Source: Eledone cirrhosa
Lineage: Eukaryota
Length of the DNA: 64,000 nucleotides
NCBI GenBank assembly: GCA_964016885.1
Contig: OZ024766.1
Coordinates: forward strand, 15,934,001-15,998,000
Direction of reading: 5' to 3'
A program made the position numbers and the translations under genes. The notes under the pieces are model-generated. The model was not told the origin of the DNA and searched no databases. It was given only the letters and a program-made list of their open reading frames with translations. Of this stretch, positions 22,251-35,200 are shown in pieces; the first letter of the stretch is position 1; the number at the start of each line of letters is the position of its first letter.

Positions 22251-23147
22251 CCAACATAAGGTTACTTAATGTAACACAAACACAATCAGACAAGATAAAA
22301 ACCATGTCACTCACCCAAAATAGTGCCACCAATGTTGTTAATGTCTTGAATAAAACTTGTTTGTTCTGAAATTATTCTCCTTTCATTTTATTTGTAGAAG
22401 TTGTAACCAAGACTTATGCTGACAAATCTGTATGGTACAGAATTTACAAACACTATATATATATATATATATATATATATGTGCCAAAACATCTATGATC
22501 TCGGTTTACAGCTGATGAAGGGTTTCTTCTCTCCTTTCATCCATATTACCATCTTAAACTTTGTTTACAGTAACCACACAACTCCTTTCGTTTCTTATGA
22601 TTTTATATATATATATAACAAAGGAGGTGTGGTAAAGAACCAGATGGACCATATACGCACCAGAGTACTCAATACTTACGGTAGTAGAGTGGGTAATAGG
22701 AAAATGTTTAACCCCGACGGCAGAGCTCAATCTGTTTCGACGGCTATTTCTGGAAACAGTCCAGAAATAACCATCGAAATGGCTTGAGCCCTGCCGTCGG
22801 GGTTAAACATTTTCCTATATATATATATATATATATGTATGAGTGTATATCTCAGTGTGTAGAAATTTCTGTCCATGAAAATGACTATCTTTATTTGTGT
22901 ATATATATGTGTGTATATGTATGTGTATGTTTATGTGTTCTTATATACGTGTGTGCACATCTTGATGTATTTTCAGTGTCTGTTCTAGTCCTCAGAGTAC
23001 AAATCCCACTGAGGTAAAGTTGCTTCGTTATTTTGAGGTCAATAAATGAAATACCAGTGAAATACTGGGGGTGTGGGGTTAATTCCTCTTCTTTGTCATT
23101 GTCTGTTTGTCTACTCTTCTCTTTCTCTGTATATATATATATATATA

Positions 23148-23336
23148 TCCAAAATTAAGATAAATAAAATTAATCTATATCAAATTATGGGTGTCTGCCA
23201 GAAAGACAGGCGCCATATCACTCGTAAAATAAGGTCCATGGAGCATATTTCATGAGCGATATGGCGCCTGTCTTATTGGCATGACACCCATGATACGATT
23301 CAGATTAATTTCATTTTAATTTATCTTAATTTTGGA
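23148..23336. repeat. Palindrome B, diverged copy (also 31263-31451)
   Basis: tccaaaattaagataaa...tccatgga...tttatcttaattttgga between (TA)n tracts. Confidence 0.88.
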
Positions 23337-23777
23337 TATATATATATATAAATAGGGCCTCTTAATTGTAGAGCTAACTCTGTTGAAAGGACCTGACTGC
23401 TGTTTCTAGTTGTCAATAACCCTATTCACGCAACTGGGACGAAGCTGGTATGATGTGTGTATTTTTAGTAGATACAGCACGTGTTACTGGTCAGTCGCTG
23501 ATTTGAACTTGATGCGTAAACACAGATGGTTGGACTTCTTCCTTGTTGAGAATCCAAGATCTGGCTACTGTCGTTTACCAATCGATTAATTGGTGAAATA
23601 TATTTCTTTAATGGAATATATACAAGGAAGATTAATCATTTTCTAAGGTATCTATTTTTGAAGTTCTAGTTAAACTTTATTTAGTTACCTACCTAGCTAT
23701 GTGTGCTTACACACTTTTACAAATTATCCCCTGTGATTGTTTCATATGTTTATTTATATGTCAATCAATTTCTAGTT

Positions 23778-23815
<38 letters not shown>

Positions 23816-24171
23816 CGTGGAAAAGTAAAATATAGCAGAACAGACCGTTAAAAGATGTTTATTGAAAATAGCACCTATGTAATGAAGACATGACAAATTG
23901 TCCTCGCGCTCTCTCTATATATAGAGAAAAGGTGAAGTTGGAAATAGCACGGAAAATATATTTTAGGGTCTGTTTTTCTGTTATTTATCTTTTGGTTCGT
24001 CAAAGTGACATTATTGAAAATATGGGAGGGACATCATCATTCATCATCATTTCATTTCACGTCCGCTTTCTCCCTGCTTGCAAGGGTGGGACGGGAACTG
24101 ATTCTGGCTTGATATCTACAGATGGATGCCCGTCTTAACGCCAACCTCACTTACAGTGAGTGCTGGGTACT

Positions 24172-25492
24172 GTCATGTTGAATGTTTTTCATGATGTTGT
24201 GGTCGGCATATTTCTGGTCATCCACCAGTCAAGGTTTATTTTCATCAACAAACTTACGCAACACTTCAATATCATGGTTTGTCTCCTGAAAAACTGATTG
24301 TATTACCTCAATTTCTTCTGGTTCTGGCATCCCGCATTGCTATTCATTGCTGGAATTCAATGAGGAGGTTGCACAGAGATTGATTGTAAATCCTGGAGGT
24401 AGATTCCACATAAATATTGCTATAACATCTTTGGGCTAGGTGTAGATAGTCGTCTGACATATTGTTTTTGTACTCCTGCCAGGGTAGATGAGATTTATTC
24501 CAGATGCTGTGAGTATAGTAGCAAACAACTGTCTTATTTAACTGGCTACTCCAGTGACTGCTCCTTCTAGTCCCTTCTTCCAATGTCAGTTGTCATACAG
24601 GTGTCCATGGCTGTCTTATTTAACTGGCTACTCCAGTGACTGCTCCTTTTAGTCCCTTCTTCCAAAGTCAGTTGTCATATAGGTGTCCATGGCTGACTTA
24701 TTTAACTGGCTACTCCAATGACTACTCCTTCTAGTCCCTTCTTCCAATGTCAGTTGTCCTACAGGAGTCCATGACTGTCTTATTTAACTGGCTATTCCAG
24801 TGACTGCTCCTTCTAGTCTCTTCTTCCAATGTCAATTGTCATACAGGTGTCCATGGCTGTCTTATTTAACTGGCTACTCCAGATACTGCTCCTTCTAGTC
24901 TCTTCTTCCAATATCAGTTGTCATACAGGTGTCCATGGCTGTCTTATTTAACTGGCTACTCCAGGGACTGCTCCTTCTAGTCCCTTCTTCCAATGTCAGT
25001 TGTCATACAGGAGTCCATGGCTGTCTTATTTAACTGGCTACTCCAGTGACTGCTCCTTCTTGTCTCTTCTTCCAATGTCAATTGCCATGCAGGAGTTGAT
25101 GTTCTTTAGATGCTTCTTGTTATTTGCTGCACTCTTCCAACAAATCACCTGAGATCCTCAAATGACGTTGGTCCTTGAACAATATGCAGAAGAGGCTGTA
25201 TAGAAAACTCTCACTGTTGTTGGGGTGGTCATTGTAAACATGCCCAATAGCATCACTTGCCTTGACTTCATCACCTTCCACTAAATGACCCTGCTTCCTT
25301 TGATTCCAAGTCTTACAATAGGTCCAGGTGTAGTATTTTGGGATGTCAGCATATAGGAGGGATCGAACAAATTCTTTATTCTGGCAGTGTTTCAAAACAG
25401 CAGAGTAGTGTCAGGTGGTGCTGGTGTCAACTGATGAGCAGTGGTTTCAGTGAAGTACACACCCTGTCCATTTTCTATATGTATAGAGATAA
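24172..25492 (-). pseudogene. Helitron RepHel fragment with internal minisatellite, cassette 3
   Basis: Paralogous to 6610-7932. Confidence 0.85.
24531..25078. repeat. 82-bp minisatellite, about 6.7 copies (duplication junction)
   Basis: Variant pattern from 24613 onward reproduces 16502-16967. Confidence 0.96.
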
Positions 25493-26311
25493 GGATGAAA
25501 AGCAAAGTTAATCCCTCAGAGGTTAGCTTTGCCTTTCATCCCTACGGGGTCGATAACATAAAGTACCAGTAATGTACTGCCGTATTGCTGGCCTAGTGCC
25601 TAATGTAGAAACAATTATTACGGGATCGATAAAATAAAGTACCAGTAATTCAATGATTTATTTACTGGCCTTGTGCCAAAAGTAGAAACAATTATCACCT
25701 TTCTTTTTAATAAATCACATCACTATAGAATTAAATACGACTGGAAATGTGTGTGAAGGTACTAAATTATATCAGGGACTTTTCACGTTTGACACCGTCA
25801 CGAGACTCGAAACATTCGCTAAGACACCGAGTACCTGCTGTCTTCGTTATAACTTTAATTAATCTAATTATATCTTGTGTAACAATTATATATATATATA
25901 TACACACACACAATTTTAATTCCCCGACATCAGTCTTACACTGTCATATCTATTCTTACTTTACAATTGTGTCTACTAAGAGTTCCATTACAATCTGTAG
26001 TAGTAAAACTACTATTTCACCAGAACATCTGCTATCAGTCATTTATAGACAATATATATATTTTAGACCACATATCAACCTAATATATATATATTTCCTA
26101 TCTAATCTGTAGCTAAAGACATAAAGTCAGCCTCACTACTTCATTCTAACAAGATATCAATTGATGACTAAAGATGAAGAAGATACACCAACGTTAATGT
26201 CGTGAAATAAAGCTGATAACATTGAAACTTCTAATTTGATAACAAAGAGATTATTTCTTTGGTTGTTTAGTAACAACTAACAACACAATACATTGATTAT
26301 ATGTGAAGGAG

Positions 26312-28239
26312 GTAAGTTGACAAAGATTTACTTAATGTCTATATTAATGTGTGTAAATAATATAATTATTTTAACCCTACAACGACCAGTAATTAACCAG
26401 ATTCCACTGTTACATGTGATATAAAATATATTGTTATCATGACTGTCTTTATTATTTAAATTACCTCCGTCTATTTAATTATCTTGTTCACTACCTTACA
26501 TTATAAAATATAGTTTATATTTAGCTGTACCTTGTTGCTTTAAGTAAATTAAAGATATATTTATTATTTAAATTACCTCCGTCTATTTAATTATCTTGTT
26601 CACTACCTTACATTATAAAATATAGTTTATATTTAGCTGTACCTTGTTGTTGCTTTAAGTAAATTAAAGATATATTTATTATTTAAATTACCTCCGTCTA
26701 TTTAATTATCTTGTTCACTACCTTACATTATAAAATATAGTTTATATTTAGCTGTACCTTGTTGCTTTAAGTAAATTAAAGATATATTTATTATTTAAAT
26801 TACCTCCGTCTATTTAATTATCTTGTTCACTACCTTACATTATAAAATATAGTTTATATTTAGCTGTACCTTGTTATTGCTTTAAGTAAATTAATATTTT
26901 GTCTGTTTTAGTCTAAATCTCTTACAATTTAATTAACTTCATCTACTTATGGTTGAACATTACTTTATTGTGGGTTTCATTTCATTATAATTATGTTTGA
27001 GTTAGCCATCCAAGTAGGGGTTTAGTATCTGTATTTCAGGGCACTGCTTTGATGGTGAAGGGACATCTGTTGGTGTGGGATCTCGGTGGCTGTACATACT
27101 AAGGTTCTAATACTCTAAAGAGCTAGCTGAATAACCGTCTGATACATGTCTTGTATACAGGATCATAAATCCACGTATAGAAGAGCAGTCAGCAATGTCA
27201 GGATTAACATTCATTATAGTGAAGTGGCAGTATCGGTAGAGAGTCGGACACCGTGCTTTGAAGCACAGAGTTACGTCCCTTTATGATCTGAGTTCAAATC
27301 CCGCCGAGGTTAACTTTGCCTTACATCCATACCGGGTCGATAAAATAAAGTACCAGTAATGTACTGGGTAATTGCTGGCCTTGTGTTTAAAATAGAAACA
27401 ATTATAGTGAAGAATTTGGAGTGTAGTCTGGTGTCCACCAGGGCTCTGTTCTTAGCCCTCACTTAGTTATTATCGTCCTGCAGCCTATAACAGAGATGTT
27501 TAAGACTGGCTGCCCATGGGAACTCCTGTGTGCTCAGCAGGTCCTGAAGAATGCGATCATGTGCATTTTCCAGGTCTATAAAACGATAATATATACCTCT
27601 TAGCAATACTCCCACGATTTCTCAAAGACCTGCCACAGTGTGAATATTTGGTGGGTTATGTTGCACCCAGGGAGCAAACAGCACTTTCCATCAGCTAGCT
27701 CGGACTCGCTACATCACTTTGTCAGAAACTTAGCATATACTTTACCAGGGAGGCTTAACAAGGTGATCCCTCTCTATTTGGAACAATCTCTCTTGTCTCC
27801 CTTTTTATAAATTGGGATTATCACTCCCGATTGCCTTTGCTTGAGTGCCATTTCAGAGACCCAGGCCATCTGACACACATGAGTCGGTCACATTTGAGCT
27901 CTTTAATTGCTCTTGTGACCTCAGCCTCCGAGAGATTAGTCACCGCTACCAGATTCACCTCATGTACATCCGAAGATGCTGTTGTGATCGGGTTTGGGAG
28001 ATCAGCAAAGTATTCTCTCCACCTCATGAGGATCCATCTCTCTGAAGAGAAGAGAACCCCAGATGCACTCATGGTTGCAGGTGTGGAGGAAGAATTCTTG
28101 TAACTAATTAAAAACTAAAATAATTTGATTTTTCAATAAAAAGTTTCCAGGGTTTATAGATGTAAAATTTCCACTGTTAAATCTATCTCTGCTTCTTAAG
28201 TATTCTCTATTATCTCATACTGTTTCTTTTTCATTTCAG
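26312..28239 (+). other. Putative 5'-UTR intron of ZNF gene 3 (4 copies of the 115-bp repeat, RT fragments, SINE)
   Basis: GAG|GTAAGT ... tttcatttcAG. Confidence 0.7.
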
Positions 28240-28736
28240 AATATCAGATGACATTGGGATAAATTATTATTTTCAATCTTGGATACATCACCTCTATTTA
28301 TCATCATTTGAAGATTAAAACTTTTTAAACAGAACTTATATAACACTGTTTATATAAATCTATCAGAATTACTGTGAAAATTATTGTTTTCAATCTTGGA
28401 TACATCACCTCTATTTATCATCATTTGAAGATTAAAACTTTTTAAACAGAACTTATATAGCACTGTTTATATAAATCTATCAGAATTACTGTGATATATT
28501 TCCTCAGACCTGAGTTTAAAGACAAAATTCCTTTTCTTCACTGTGTGGTATATATATGAGAGATATATTTTGTATTTTAACTCAACTTCAATGACAAAGA
28601 AGTTTATATCATCTTCAGATATTAACTGAGATCATAATTGAGGGAATATAACAGAAGAAATATTTTTTAGGAATATAATGTAAAAAAATATTAAAGAATA
28701 ACATCTGTAAATTCTGCCAAGGGAAGAAGAATTATT

Positions 28737-29678
28737 ATGGAAAATAAATTGAGTGAAAAGAAGATTAAATGTGAAACAATGTCTAAACATATGGCTATTA
28801 CAGAAGAGATGTCAAAGGATAGAGGAGAGAAACCATATCACTGTGATGTCTGTGGTAAATCATTCTCTCTAAGTCGTATATTAATTTGTCACATACGTAC
28901 CCATACAGGTGACAAACCATATCACTGTGATATCTGTGGTAAATCATTCTCTCAAAGTAGTACCTTAACTACACACAAACATATACATACAGGAGACAAG
29001 CCTTATCACTGTGATATCTGTGGTAAATCATTCTCTTTTAGTAGTAATTTAACTTCTCACATACGTACTCATACAGGAGACAAGCCTTATCACTGTGATA
29101 TCTGTGGTAAATCATTCTTTAATAATATTAGTTTAACTAGACACGAACGTACCCATTCAGGAGAGAAGCCATATCACTGTGATATCTGTGGTAAATCATT
29201 CTTTGTTAATAGTAATTTAACTAGACACAAAAGTATACATACAGGAGAGAGGCCATATCACTGTGATATCTGTGGTAAATCATTCTCTCAAAGTGGTCAC
29301 TTAACTAGCCACAAACGTATACATACAGGAGAGAAGCCATATCTCTGTGATATCTGTGGTAAATCATTCTCTGATAGGAGTACCTTAACTAACCACAAAC
29401 GTGTACATACAGGAGACAAGCCATATCACTGTGATATCTGTAGTAAATCATTCTCTGAAAGTGGTAACTTAACTAGCCACAAACGTATCCATACAGGAGA
29501 GAAGCCATATCACTGTCATATCTGTGGTATATCATTCTCTCAAAGTAGTCACTTAACTAAGCACTTACGTATCCATACAGGAGACACGCCATACCACTGT
29601 GATATCTGTGGTAAATCATTCTCTCAATTAAGTAATTTAACTAAACACAAATATACCCATACAGGTAAGAAACCATAA
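28737..29678 (+). CDS. Poly-C2H2 zinc-finger protein, 10 fingers (gene 3; protein identical to gene 2)
   Basis: Translation identical to 20624..21565. Confidence 0.93.
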   Translation: MENKLSEKKIKCETMSKHMAITEEMSKDRGEKPYHCDVCGKSFSLSRILICHIRTHTGDKPYHCDICGKSFSQSSTLTTHKHIHTGDKPYHCDICGKSFSFSSNLTSHIRTHTGDKPYHCDICGKSFFNNISLTRHERTHSGEKPYHCDICGKSFFVNSNLTRHKSIHTGERPYHCDICGKSFSQSGHLTSHKRIHTGEKPYLCDICGKSFSDRSTLTNHKRVHTGDKPYHCDICSKSFSESGNLTSHKRIHTGEKPYHCHICGISFSQSSHLTKHLRIHTGDTPYHCDICGKSFSQLSNLTKHKYTHTGKKP

Positions 29679-29815
29679 CAAAGTCATATCTCATTGTCTC
29701 AAAATTGTAAATTAATTAGACACAAATACATTCATATGAGTGAGAAGCTATACCACCGTGATATTGTGGAGAAATTATTCTCTTGTATTGCTACATTAAC
29801 TACATACAAACATAA

Positions 29816-29977
<162 letters not shown>

Positions 29978-31892
29978 TAACATTTACAGAAAAGGAATCA
30001 TATCATTGTGATATCTGCAGTAAATCATTCTCTAAATGTGGCTTCACTACACACTAACATATACAGGAGAGGAACCATATCACTGTGATGTCTGTGGTAA
30101 ATCCTTCTCTAAATGTTGTGGTTTCTCTAGACACTAACATATACAGGAGAGGAACCATATCACGGTGATGTCTGTGGTAAATCCTTCTCTAAAAGTTGTG
30201 GTTTCTCTAGACACTAACATATACAGGAGAGGAACCATATCACTGTGATGTCTGTGGTAAATCATTCTCTAAATGTTGTGGCTTCACTAGACACTAACAT
30301 ATACAGGAGAGGAACCATATCACTGTGATATCTGTGGTAAATCATTTTCTAAATGTTGTGGTACCAACATAAGGTTACTTAATGTAACACAAACACAATC
30401 AGACAAGATAAAAACCATGTCACTCACCCAAAATAGTGCCACCAATGTTGTTAATGTCTTGAATAAAACTTGTTTGTTCTGAAATTATTCTCCTTTCATT
30501 TTATTTGTAGAAGTTGTAACCAAGACTTATGCTGACAAATCTGTATGGTACAGAATTTACAAACACTATATATATATATATATATATATATATGTGCCAA
30601 AACATCTATGATCTCGGTTTACAGCTGATGAAGGGTTTCTTCTCTCCTTTCATCCATATTACCATCTTAAACTTTGTTTACAGTAACCACACAACTCCTT
30701 TCGTTTCTTATGATTTTATATATATATATAACAAAGGAGGTGTGGTAAAGAACCAGATGGACCATATACGCACCAGAGTACTCAATACTTACGGTAGTAG
30801 AGTGGGTAATAGGAAAATGTTTAACCCCGACGGCAGAGCTCAATCTGTTTCGACGGCTATTTCTGGAAACAGTCCAGAAATAACCATCGAAATGGCTTGA
30901 GCCCTGCCGTCGGGGTTAAACATTTTCCTATATATATATATATATATATGTATGAGTGTATATCTCAGTGTGTAGAAATTTCTGTCCATGAAAATGACTA
31001 TCTTTATTTGTGTATATATATGTGTGTATATGTATGTGTATGTTTATGTGTTCTTATATACGTGTGTGCACATCTTGATGTATTTTCAGTGTCTGTTCTA
31101 GTCCTCAGAGTACAAATCCCACTGAGGTAAAGTTGCTTCGTTATTTTGAGGTCAATAAATGAAATACCAGTGAAATACTGGGGGTGTGGGGTTAATTCCT
31201 CTTCTTTGTCATTGTCTGTTTGTCTACTCTTCTCTTTCTCTGTATATATATATATATATATATCCAAAATTAAGATAAATAAAATTAATCTATATCAAAT
31301 TATGGGTGTCTGCCAGAAAGACAGGCGCCATATCACTCGTAAAATAAGGTCCATGGAGCATATTTCATGAGCGATATGGCGCCTGTCTTATTGGCATGAC
31401 ACCCATGATACGATTCAGATTAATTTCATTTTAATTTATCTTAATTTTGGATATATATATATAAAAATAGGGCCTCTTAATTGTAGAGCTAACTCTGTTG
31501 AAAGGACCTGACTGCTGTTTCTAGTTGTCAATAACCCTATTCACGCAACTGGGACGAAGCTGGTATGATGTGTGTATTTTTAGTAGATACAGCACGTGTT
31601 ACTGGTCAGTCGCTGATTTGAACTTGATGCGTAAACACAGATGGTTGGACTTCTTCCTTGTTGAGAATCCAAGATCTGGCTACTGTCGTTTACCAATCGA
31701 TTAATTGGTGAAATATATTTCTTTAATGGAATATATACAAGGAAGATTAATCATTTTCTAAGGTATCTATTTTTGAAGTTCTAGTTAAACTTTATTTAGT
31801 TACCTACCTAGCTATGTGTGCTTACACACTTTTACAAATTATCCCCTGTGATTGTTTCATATGTTTATTTATATGTCAATCAATTTCTAGTT

Positions 31893-31930
<38 letters not shown>

Positions 31931-32286
31931 CGTGGAAAAGTAAAATATAGCAGAACAGACCGTTAAAAGATGTTTATTGAAAATAGCACCTATGTAATGA
32001 AGACATGACAAATTGTCCTCGCGCTCTCTCTATATATAGAGAAAAGGTGAAGTTGGAAATAGCACGGAAAATATATTTTAGGGTCTGTTTTTCTGTTATT
32101 TATCTTTTGGTTCGTCAAAGTGACATTATTGAAAATGTGGGAGGGACATCATCATTCATCATCATTTCATTTCACGTCCGCTTTCTCCCTGCTTGCAAGG
32201 GTGGGACGGGAACTGATTCTGGCTTGATATCTACAGATGGATGCCCGTCTTAACGCCAACCTCACTTACAGTGAGTGCTGGGTACT

Positions 32287-35200
32287 GTCATGTTGAATGT
32301 TTTTCATGATGTTGTGGTCGGCATATTTCTGGTCATCCACCAGTCAAGGTTTATTTTCATCAACAAACTTACGCAACACTTCAATATCATGGTTTGTCTC
32401 CTGAAAAACTGATTGTATTACCTCAATTTCTTCTGGTTCTGGCATCCCGCATTGCTATTCATTGCTGGAATTCAATGAGGAGGTTGCACAGAGATTGATT
32501 GTAAATCCTGGAGGTAGATTCCACATAAATATTGCTATAACATCTTTGGGCTAGGTGTAGATAGTCGTCTGACATATTGTTTTTGTACTCCTGCCAGGGT
32601 AGATGAGATTTATTCCAGATGCTGTGAGTATAGTAGCAAACAACTGTCTTATTTAACTGGCTACTCCAGTGACTGCTCCTTCTAGTCCCTTCTTCCAATG
32701 TCAGTTGTCATACAGGTGTCCATGGCTGTCTTATTTAACTGGCTACTCCAGTGACTGCTCCTTCTAATCCCTTCTTCCAATGTTAGTTGTCATACAGGAG
32801 TCCATGGCTGTCTTATTTAACTGGCCACTCCAGTGACTGCTCCTTCTAGTCTCTTCTTCCAATGTCAGTTGTCATACAGGTGTCCATGGCTGTCTTACTT
32901 AACTGGCTACTCCAGTGACTGCTCCTTCTAGTCTCTTCTTCCAATGTCAGTTGTCATACAGATGCCCATGGCTGTCTTATTTAACTGGCCACTCCAGTGA
33001 CTGCTCCTTCTAGTCTCTTCTTCCAATGTCAGTTGTCATACAGGTGTCCATGGCTGTCTTACTTAACTGGCTACTCCAGTGACTGCTCCTTCTAGTCTCT
33101 TCTTCCAATGTCAGTTGTCATACAGGTGTCCATGGCTGTCTTATTTAACTGGCTACTCCAGTAACTGTTCCTTCTAGTCTCTTCTTCCAATGTCAGTTGT
33201 CATACAGGTGTCCATGGCTGTCTTATTTAACTGGCCACTCCAGTGACTGCTCCCTCTAGTCCCTTCTTCCAATGTCAGTTGTCATACAGGAGTCCATGGC
33301 TGTCTTATTTAACTGGCTACTCCAGTGACTGCTCCTTCTAGTCCCTTCTTCCAATGTCAGTTGTCATACAGGAGTCCATGGATGTCTTACTTAACTGGCT
33401 ACTCCAGTGACTGCTCCTTCTAGTCTCTTCTTCCAATGTCAGTTGTCATACAGGAGTCCATGGCTGTCTTATTTACCTGGCTACTCCAGTGACTGCTCCT
33501 TCTAGTCCCTTCTTCCAATGTCAGTTGTCATACAGGTGTCCATGGCTGTCTTATTTAACTGGCTACTCCAGTGTCTGCTCCTTCTAGTCCCTTCCTCCAA
33601 TGTCAGTTGTCATACAGGTGTCCATGGCTGTCTTATTTAACTGGCTACTCCAGTGACTGCTCCCTCTAGTCCCTTCTTCCAATGTCAGTTGTCATACAGG
33701 TGTCCATGGCTGTCTTATTTAACTGTCCACTCCAGTGACTGCTCCTTCTAGTCTCTCTTTCCAATGTCAGTTGTCATACAGGAGTCCATGGCTGTCTTAT
33801 TTAACTGGCTACTCCAGTGACTGCTCCTTCTAGTCCATTCTTCCAATGTCAGTTGTCATACAGGAGTCCATGGCTGTCTTATTTAACTGGCTACTCCCGT
33901 GACTGCTCCTTGTAGTCTCTTCTTCCAATGTCAGTTGTCATACAGGAGTCCATGGCTGTCTTATTTAACTGGCTACTCTAGTGACTGCTCCTAGTCTCTT
34001 CCAATGTCAGTTGTCATACAGGTGTCCATGGCTATCTTATTTAACTGGCTACTCCAGTGACTGCTCCTTCTAGTCCCTTCTTCCAATGTTAGTTGTCATA
34101 CAGGTGCCCATGGCTGTCTTATTTAACTGGCCACTCCAGTGACTGCTCCTTCTAGTCTCTTCTTCCAATGTCAGTTGTCATACAGGTGTCCATGGCTGTC
34201 TTATTTAACTGGCTACTCCAGTGACTGCTCCTTCTAGTCCCTTCTTCCAATGTCAGTTGTCATACAGGTGTCCATGGCTGTCTTATTTAACTGGCTACTC
34301 CAGTGACTGCTCCTTCTAGTCCCTTCTTCCAATGTTAGTTGTCATACAGGTGCCCATGGCTGTCTTATTTAACTGGCCACTCCAGTGACTGCTCCTTCTA
34401 GTCTCTTCTTCCAATGTCAGTTGTCATACAGGTGTCCATGGCTGTCTTATTTAACTGGCTACTCCAGTAACTGTTCCTTCTAGTCTCTTCTTCCAATGTC
34501 AGTTGTCATACAGGTGTCCATGGCTGTCTTATTTAACTGGCCACTCCAGTGACTGCTCCCTCTAGTCCCTTCTTCCAATGTCAGTTGTCATACAGGAGTC
34601 CATGGCTGTCTTATTTAACTGGCTACTCCAGTGACTGCTCCTTCTAGTCCCTTCTTCCAATGTCAGTTGTCATACAGGAGTCCATGGATGTCTTACTTAA
34701 CTGGCTACTCCAGTGACTGCTCCTTCTAGTCTCTTCTTCCAATGTCAGTTGTCATACAGGAGTCCATGGCTGTCTTATTTACCTGGCTACTCCAGTGACT
34801 GCTCCTTCTAGTCCCTTCTTCCAATGTCAGTTGTCATACAGGTGTCCATGGCTGTCTTATTTAACTGGCTACTCCAGTGTCTGCTCCTTCTAGTCCCTTC
34901 CTCCAATGTCAGTTGTCATACAGGTGTCCATGGCTGTCTTATTTAACTGGCTACTCCAGTGACTGCTCCCTCTAGTCCCTTCTTCCAATGTCAGTTGTCA
35001 TACAGGTGTCCATGGCTGTCTTATTTAACTGTCCACTCCAGTGACTGCTCCTTCTAGTCTCTCTTTCCAATGTCAGTTGTCATACAGGAGTCCATGGCTG
35101 TCTTATTTAACTGGCTACTCCAGTGACTGCTCCTTCTAGTCCATTCTTCCAATGTCAGTTGTCATACAGGAGTCCATGGCTGTCTTATTTAACTGGCTAC

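Noticed and set aside
22416-23255. Recurrent small ORFs (MLTNLYGTEF..., MCVKVLNY..., MTNCPRAL...)
   Set aside because: They run through (TA)n tracts, and their frames and lengths change between cassettes; recurrence reflects the duplication only.
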